From Deinococcaceae bacterium (lineage in GTDB: Bacteria; Deinococcota; Deinococci; Deinococcales; Trueperaceae): 24,116 bases of DNA. This document shows positions 16,943-24,116 of the stretch, piece by piece (position 1 is the stretch's first letter; each line of letters begins with the position of its first letter). The stretch lies in assembly GCA_040256005.1 (NCBI GenBank), contig JBDZWC010000017.1, positions 1 to 24,116 of the forward strand, given 5' to 3'. The notes below the pieces were generated by a model. It did not search any database, was not told the origin of the DNA, and saw nothing but the letters and a program-made list of their open reading frames with translations. Both the position numbers and the translations under genes were made by a program.

Positions 16943-18133
16943 TCAGCGGTCGCCCCAGGCGGGCGTGTCGAGCATGGGGTTGACGACCTGGCCGTTGACG
17001 TACACGGTCACGAACTCGCCGTCCTGCACCTGCTGTGCGACGGCGGGCAGGCGCGCTTGGTTCTGGTAGCCCTGGTAGTCCGTGAACGCGATGTGGCCGT
17101 AGACGGTGTCTGGCATGTCGGTGGCCTCGAGGGCTGCCCTCACGTCCGCCGGTTCGAACGATGCCGCGCGGCTCAGCACGTCGACCGCCGTGATGATGCC
17201 GGCGTACGCCTGGGCAGCGTGGTACGAGGGCGTGCGCCCGAGCACCTCGGTCAGGCGGGCGTTGAGCTCCTCGGCACCCGGGTAAGGCACCTCCTGGGTC
17301 CACATCGTGGCGGTGTACACGTAGTCGGCGGCGGGGCCAGAGCCCTCTATGAAGTTGGGCAGGGCGAAGCCGGCGGCGCCGCCCGCGAAGACCTTCGCGT
17401 TCAGCCCCACTTCCTGGATCTGGCGCGCCAGGGCGACGGAGTCGGCGGCGTACGAGACCATGAACACGACGTCGGGCTCGAGCCCCTTGAAGCGGTTGAG
17501 GATGGGCCGGAAGTCGGCGCCGGACTGGTCGTAGTCCTGCCTGTCCAGGACGGTGTAGCCGCGTTCCTCGGCCAGCAGGTCGACGGCGTCCGCCACGGCG
17601 GTCTCGAAGGCGCCGTTGCCGTGGATCGTGACGATGGTCTCGAGGTAGCCGTCACCGTGGTCGGAGTTGAGCTGGTCGAACACGTTGAAGAGGACCTCGG
17701 CGTAGGCGAACGAGGGCTGGTTGAGGCGGAAGATCCACTCGGAGCCTGGCCGGGTGATCGCGTCGTCGGACGACGTGAACACGAGGAAGGGCCGCTGCTG
17801 GCGCGTGAAGTACTGAGCCAGAGGGTTCGTGATCGACGAGGAGTAGGCGCCCATGACGAGCGGGACGCCCTGGTTCACGAGCCGCTCGGCGGCGGCGAGG
17901 GCGGCGTTCACCTCGGAGGTGTCGTCCTCCCATACGACCTCGACCGGCGCGCCGTTGATGCCGCCGGCGGCGTTCACGTCCTCCAGAGCGATCTGGACGC
18001 CGGCCTGGTGCTGCTCGCCGAACTCGGCGAAGCGCCCCGTGATGCTGGTGATCACGCCGATCTGGACCGGTTCCTGCGCGAGCGCGACCCCGGTCGTCAG
18101 AACGAGGAGAAATGTGAAGACTTTCGAGAACAT
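16943..18133 (-). CDS. LivK/LivJ-like ABC substrate-binding protein (ligand unknown)
   Basis: Signal peptide (GVALAQ), IGVITSITGRFA, VNAAGGING, GAYSSS. RBS GGAGG. Confidence 0.88.
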   Translation of the reverse strand: MFSKVFTFLLVLTTGVALAQEPVQIGVITSITGRFAEFGEQHQAGVQIALEDVNAAGGINGAPVEVVWEDDTSEVNAALAAAERLVNQGVPLVMGAYSSSITNPLAQYFTRQQRPFLVFTSSDDAITRPGSEWIFRLNQPSFAYAEVLFNVFDQLNSDHGDGYLETIVTIHGNGAFETAVADAVDLLAEERGYTVLDRQDYDQSGADFRPILNRFKGLEPDVVFMVSYAADSVALARQIQEVGLNAKVFAGGAAGFALPNFIEGSGPAADYVYTATMWTQEVPYPGAEELNARLTEVLGRTPSYHAAQAYAGIITAVDVLSRAASFEPADVRAALEATDMPDTVYGHIAFTDYQGYQNQARLPAVAQQVQDGEFVTVYVNGQVVNPMLDTPAWGDR

Positions 18134-18179
18134 GGTCCCTCCAAGGTCTTAACTAGGCGTTTTCGTTGCTTAGACCCGG

Positions 18180-18277
18180 AGGCTACCACGACGTTCTGAG
18201 CCGGTTCTGGTCGCAGAAGCGGAGAAGTACGACGTTGCCCGCACGGTTTCGCCAGAACCGCCGCTTCGGATTAGACT
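18180..18277. promoter_or_regulatory. Divergent promoter region with GTTCTG/CAGAAC repeats
   Basis: Minus-strand extended -10 TGGTAGCCT (18180-18188) and plus-strand TAGACT (18272-18277). GTTCTG at 18193 and 18204, CAGAAG at 18214, CAGAAC at 18253. Confidence 0.45.
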
Positions 18278-18326
18278 CTCTCTTCGTATCGACGCATGAG
18301 CGCGGGAAAGGGCGTGAGAGGCTCGG

Positions 18327-19904
18327 ATGCTGTTGACGATGCTCGGCGGCCTCGCCCTGTTCCTGCTGGGCGTGAACCGCATCTCCGACGCCCTGGAGTC
18401 GGCCGCCGGGCCCACCGCGCGCCGCTGGATGGCTGCCGCCACCGGGTCGCCGTTCAAGGCGCTTGCGACGAGCACGGCGGTGGGCGCCATCACGCAGAGC
18501 GGCACGGCGCTCTCGGTCACCGCCCTGTCGCTGGTAGCGAGCGGCCTCGTGCCGGCCGCCGGCGGGCTGGCCATGTCGCTGGGCGCGAAGCTGGGCGCCA
18601 CCGGCGCCATCCAGCTCGCCGCGTTCAACATCTCGGAGTACGCCCTGCCGCTGGTCGGGGTCGGGTTCTTCGTCGCGCTGTGGCGTCGACTGCGTCCGCT
18701 CGGCGGCATGCTCTTCGGCGTCGGGCTCCTCTTCCTCGGCCTGGACCTGACCGTGGAAGCGATCGGCGGGCTGTCGGAAGGCGAGGCGTTCACCTTCATC
18801 GTGCATGCCGCCGAGACCCAGCCGCTGACCATGGTCCTGGTGGGTGCCCTGCTCGGTGCCCTCCTGGGCAGCGCGAACTCGGCCGCCGCCGTGGCCATCG
18901 GCCTCGTCGTCTCCGACGCCGTGTCCTTGCACACGGCCTTCGCCCTGGTCGCGGGAGGCAACGTCGGCGCCACCTTCCTCCTGCTCGTCGTCTCGCGCGG
19001 CCTCGACTCCGCCGCCCAGCGCGTGGCGATAAGCCACGTCATCGTCACGGGCCTCTCGGCCCTGGCTGTCGTCTTCTTCGGTGACGAGCTGATGGACGCG
19101 ATAGGCCTGCTTGGAGGAGACGGCGCACGCCAGGTGGCCAACGCGCACACGTTCTTCAACCTCGCCGTCTCGCTGGTGTTCACACCCATCGCAGGGCCGG
19201 TGACGCGCGTGGTGCAACGCATCGTGCCGACGAGCGAGGACGACTCCACGCCCAAGTACCTACGGCGCGAGGCGCTGTCGGACCCGGCGCTCGCGATCAA
19301 GCTCGCGTTGCGCGAGACGGTCAGGATCAGCGACCAGGTGGCCGTCATGACGGAGCTGGCGGTCGCCAACGTGAACACCGGCAAGTGGGACCCGGGCCCG
19401 ATCGAGGGCAGGGAGGCCAAGACCGACCGCCTGACGCGCGAGGTGGTGGACTACCTAGCGGACCTCAGGCGCTCCACCGACGAGCAGGACGCCGCCTCGG
19501 AGCGCCTGTTACTCGTCGCCACCGAGCTCGAGAACATGGGCGACCAGATCAGGCGCTTGTACCGGCGCGAGGAGCGGCTGCGCAAGGAGGGCGTCGAGTT
19601 CAGCGAGCGCGGCAGGGCAGAGCTCGCGGAGACGGGTGCCATGGTGCTGGAGCGTATGCGGCTCTCGTTCACAGCCCTCGCTACCGGCGATCAGGAGATA
19701 GCCAACCAGGTGATAGAGGGCCGGCAGCCCTTCGAGGACCACGTCGCGAAGATGCGCGTGGCCCACCTCGCGCGGCTCGAGGAGCGGCTACCGGAATCCC
19801 GGGCGTCCAGCTCCCACCACCTCGAGGTGCTCACGCTCTTCAGGCAGCTCGACGCTAGCGTTACGCGGGTGGCAGGCTGGATCCTCAAGATCTACGCGAG
19901 CTGA
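18327..19904 (+). CDS. Na/Pi cotransporter (SLC34/NptA/YjbB-like) family protein with C-terminal PhoU-like domain
   Basis: LGGLALFLLG N-terminus, two hydrophobic repeats, RQVANAHTFFN, P..A...A.RE..R linker, helical tail with ELENMGD. Confidence 0.85.
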   Translation: MLLTMLGGLALFLLGVNRISDALESAAGPTARRWMAAATGSPFKALATSTAVGAITQSGTALSVTALSLVASGLVPAAGGLAMSLGAKLGATGAIQLAAFNISEYALPLVGVGFFVALWRRLRPLGGMLFGVGLLFLGLDLTVEAIGGLSEGEAFTFIVHAAETQPLTMVLVGALLGALLGSANSAAAVAIGLVVSDAVSLHTAFALVAGGNVGATFLLLVVSRGLDSAAQRVAISHVIVTGLSALAVVFFGDELMDAIGLLGGDGARQVANAHTFFNLAVSLVFTPIAGPVTRVVQRIVPTSEDDSTPKYLRREALSDPALAIKLALRETVRISDQVAVMTELAVANVNTGKWDPGPIEGREAKTDRLTREVVDYLADLRRSTDEQDAASERLLLVATELENMGDQIRRLYRREERLRKEGVEFSERGRAELAETGAMVLERMRLSFTALATGDQEIANQVIEGRQPFEDHVAKMRVAHLARLEERLPESRASSSHHLEVLTLFRQLDASVTRVAGWILKIYAS

Positions 19905-19934
19905 AGGACCGCAGCGAGGCCCGTCTGGAGTGGC

Positions 19935-21179
19935 ATGATCGACGCCGAGGTCGAGATGGGAGACGTGCGCCATCACAACTACCCGGCACCCGAGCACAGC
20001 TTCGCCCTGAGGTTGGACGACGACCTGGCCGTCAGGCTGGCCGAGCTGCATCACGCCGAGAGCATCTACAGGTTGGTGGAGAGCGACAGGGCCCACCTCA
20101 GTAGGTGGGTCCCGTGGACGGCCGAGGCGACCCGCGAGAGCGTGGCGCAGCTGGTGGCAGCGGAGCTGCGGCGGTTCGGTTCCGGCGGCGGCTGGCGCGC
20201 CGAGCTCTGCCATGAGGGCAGGCCGGTGGGCCTGCTGTGGCTCCACGACTGGGGCGGTGCCGGCGGCTCCACCGAGGTCGGCTACCTGCTGGCCAAGGAG
20301 CACGAGGGCAAGGGGTTGGTGACGAGGGCCCTCAGGGGTCTGATGCGGCACTTCTTCGAGGAGCGCGGTGTGGGCCGGGTCGCGATCGGGCTCGACCCTC
20401 GGAACGAGAGGTCGCTGAGGGTCGTGCAGCGGCTTGGCCTCAAGCCCGAGGCCGTGCTGAGGCGGGTGATCCTCGTGGACGGCGAGCCGTCAGACCTGGC
20501 GATGTTCGGGCTCCTGCGCGAGGAGTTCCTCGACGGCGACGCGCCATCTGCCCCCGTCAAGCGGCCGCCGCGCTTCGCGCTGACCGTCGACCCCGCGGAC
20601 GAGCTCTACATCGCGCTCTACGAGCACGACGACGTCGCAGCCCTGCACCGCCTGGTCGAGGCGAACCGCGAACGGCTGCTGCCCTGGATGCCCTGGGCGC
20701 GGGATGGCTCCCCAGACTCGGAACTGAGGTTCGTCACCCAGCGGGCGTTGCCCGCGCTGGCGGAAGGCGCCGGTCTGGAGGCCGGGATCTGGTCCGGAGG
20801 CGACCTCGTCGGTTCAGTCGGACTGCACGACGTGGACCGCAGGACGCGCAGCGCGGCCATCGGCTACTGGCTCGACGGCGACCACGAGGGCCGCGGCATC
20901 GTGACCCGCGTCGTGCGGGCTTTGGTGGAGCGCTGCTTCACCGAGCCGCTCCTCGGTGGAGAGCCGTTCGAGAGGTTGGAGATCGCGGCGGACGTGCGCA
21001 ACGTGGCGAGCCGCGGTGTGCCGGAGAGGCTGGGTTTCCAGTTCGAGGGCGTGTTGAGGCGCAACAACCTGGCGGGCTACACGCCTGACACCGCCGTCTA
21101 CAGCCTGTTGCGCAGCGAGTGGGAGGAGTCGAACGAGCCGCCCACGGACGTGCCGGCGGCCGCGGTGGTGGGCCAGTAG
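19935..21179 (+). CDS. Tandem RimJ/RimL-type GNAT acetyltransferase (two domains)
   Basis: Two homologous halves: HLSRWVPW / RLLPWMPW, EVGYLL...EGKGLVTRA / IGYWL...EGRGIVTRV, NERS / NVAS. Start could be ATG 19956. Confidence 0.85.
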   Translation: MIDAEVEMGDVRHHNYPAPEHSFALRLDDDLAVRLAELHHAESIYRLVESDRAHLSRWVPWTAEATRESVAQLVAAELRRFGSGGGWRAELCHEGRPVGLLWLHDWGGAGGSTEVGYLLAKEHEGKGLVTRALRGLMRHFFEERGVGRVAIGLDPRNERSLRVVQRLGLKPEAVLRRVILVDGEPSDLAMFGLLREEFLDGDAPSAPVKRPPRFALTVDPADELYIALYEHDDVAALHRLVEANRERLLPWMPWARDGSPDSELRFVTQRALPALAEGAGLEAGIWSGGDLVGSVGLHDVDRRTRSAAIGYWLDGDHEGRGIVTRVVRALVERCFTEPLLGGEPFERLEIAADVRNVASRGVPERLGFQFEGVLRRNNLAGYTPDTAVYSLLRSEWEESNEPPTDVPAAAVVGQ

Positions 21180-21310
21180 GCCAACCGCCGTCCACCCATG
21201 GGGGTGGCATCGGGGTCTCATGTGCTAACCCTAGGCTCGACGTCCAAGCGAGGGTCTTGGCGCCGTGGACGCCTTGGTGGCGACGCGGCAAGGGGGTAAG
21301 GAGGCAGGAC

Positions 21311-21664
21311 ATGGAGCGCCAGAACAGGGGAGCAGCGCGCCCCGAGATGCAGCGCCTCGAGGAGCTCGAGGAGCGTACGCGGGCCCTCGATGAGGCGCTC
21401 GCTTACGCGGACAAGCTCGCCTACGAGGTGCGCCACCGCGAGGAGCGGGACGCCCGTCTCGCGCAGGGCCGTGGTGACGCCGGCCTCGACGAGGCCGTCG
21501 ATGAGTCGTTCCCGGCCTCGGACGCCTCCTCGCCGGCGCGCTCCGCCGCGGACGGCGTCGGCCAGACGGAGCGTGAGTTGAACGCCGTTCTCGACGACGC
21601 CCTTGACGACACGTTCCCGGCCAGCGACACGCCGGCGATCTTGATCCCCCGCAGCGAGGAGTAG
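21311..21664 (+). CDS. Small acidic hypothetical protein with a coiled coil and two LD-A--(E/D)(S/T)FPASD motifs
   Basis: AGGAGG RBS before ATG 21311 and TAGGCT at 21232-21237. Motifs at 21485-21523 and 21590-21628. Confidence 0.75.
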   Translation: MERQNRGAARPEMQRLEELEERTRALDEALAYADKLAYEVRHREERDARLAQGRGDAGLDEAVDESFPASDASSPARSAADGVGQTERELNAVLDDALDDTFPASDTPAILIPRSEE

Positions 21665-21752
21665 GCACAGCCGCAGATCCGCGTGGAGCGAAGGCCGGCA
21701 TAGGCGGTACAGGCTCACAGCCGTTGTCCCGACCGTGCCTTCGGTGACCCCG

Positions 21753-21776
21753 ACCCCACCCCCAGTGGGGTAGGCT
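21753..21776 (+). promoter_or_regulatory. CsoR operator overlapping a leaderless -10 promoter
   Basis: Inverted repeat ACCCCAC-N5-GTGGGGT (21753-21771), the C-tract/G-tract form typical of CsoR operators. TAGGCT (21771-21776) lies 6 nt before the copZ ATG and there is no SD. Confidence 0.75.
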
Positions 21777-21782
21777 GCGCGT

Positions 21783-22004
21783 ATGAACGACGACAGCACC
21801 GCGAACGACATACGTCTGAACGTCATGGGCATGAGCTGCAACCACTGCGCCGCTGCGGTACAGGGTGCGCTGGAGAAGGTCGACGGCGTCCGCGCGGCGG
21901 TGGTCGACCTGGCGGGCGGCACGGCTACCGTCACCGGCACGGCTGACCCCGAGCGCTTGGTGGCTGCCGTCGCGGCCGAGGGTTACCGCGCCACGGTGGG
22001 CTGA
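21783..22004 (+). CDS. copZ: Copper chaperone (HMA domain)
   Basis: 73 aa with GMSCNHC and a GY near the C-terminus. Confidence 0.92.
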   Translation: MNDDSTANDIRLNVMGMSCNHCAAAVQGALEKVDGVRAAVVDLAGGTATVTGTADPERLVAAVAAEGYRATVG

Positions 22005-22345
22005 TGGCCACCGTCTCCGACCTGGCCGTGCAGCCGGCGACCACGGAGGACGTCGCTGGTGCGCCGCACTGCCTGCACCTGGATCCCGAGACGCGCCAGG
22101 ATGCCGCGCTGCGTCTGAAGAGCGTGCGCGGGCATGTCGAAGGCGTGCTGCGCATGCTCGAGGACGAATCGGTCTACTGCGTCGACGTCCTCAAGCAGCT
22201 CAGCGCGGTACGGGGCGCCATGAAGAAGGTCTCCGAAGCCGTCCTCAGGTCGCACGTACGCGACCACGTCGTCACGGCCTCCATGCGGGGCGACACCGAC
22301 CGGATCGTCGACGAGCTCATGGAAGCTCTCAAGTACAGGGCCTGA
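22004..22345 (+). CDS. csoR: Copper-sensing repressor, CsoR family (Thermus-type C-H-H)
   Basis: [17 protein letters not shown]...YCVDVLKQ...SHVRDHV...[13 protein letters not shown] coupling with copZ. Confidence 0.92.
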   Translation: MATVSDLAVQPATTEDVAGAPHCLHLDPETRQDAALRLKSVRGHVEGVLRMLEDESVYCVDVLKQLSAVRGAMKKVSEAVLRSHVRDHVVTASMRGDTDRIVDELMEALKYRA

Positions 22346-22349
22346 GCAC

Positions 22350-24116
<1,767 letters not shown>

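Overview
High-GC bacterial chromosomal window, very probably Deinococcota (Truepera/Thermus-like). The CsoR closely resembles my recollection of Thermus thermophilus CsoR (C-H-H ligand set), the order copZ-csoR-copA matches Thermus, and copZ looks leaderless. From left to right: (1) a lower-GC, strongly structured 160-bp element at the left edge, with a 13-bp inverted repeat around two related stems and a further direct copy 30 nt away; (2) a divergent glycerol-phosphate-like locus, with HAD-IIA phosphatase, SorC-family regulator and glpD on the minus strand and a PhnD-C-E-E-type ABC transporter on the plus strand, readable promoters and four candidate operator boxes; (3) a small membrane protein and a YugP-like zinc peptidase; (4) a membrane-anchored DUF4062 + STAND (NB-ARC-like) + TPR protein with NLR-like architecture; (5) gdx/sugE behind a clear guanidine-III riboswitch; (6) a Liv-type ABC operon ending in an AGXT2-like class III aminotransferase; (7) a Na/Pi-cotransporter-PhoU protein with degenerate motifs, a tandem GNAT and a small protein with two FPASD motifs; (8) the copZ-csoR-copA copper operon, truncated at the right edge. 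The best novelty candidates are the left-edge element, the DUF4062-STAND-TPR protein and the Phn-type transporter linked to glycerol-phosphate genes. All calls come from reading motifs by eye; no database search was run.
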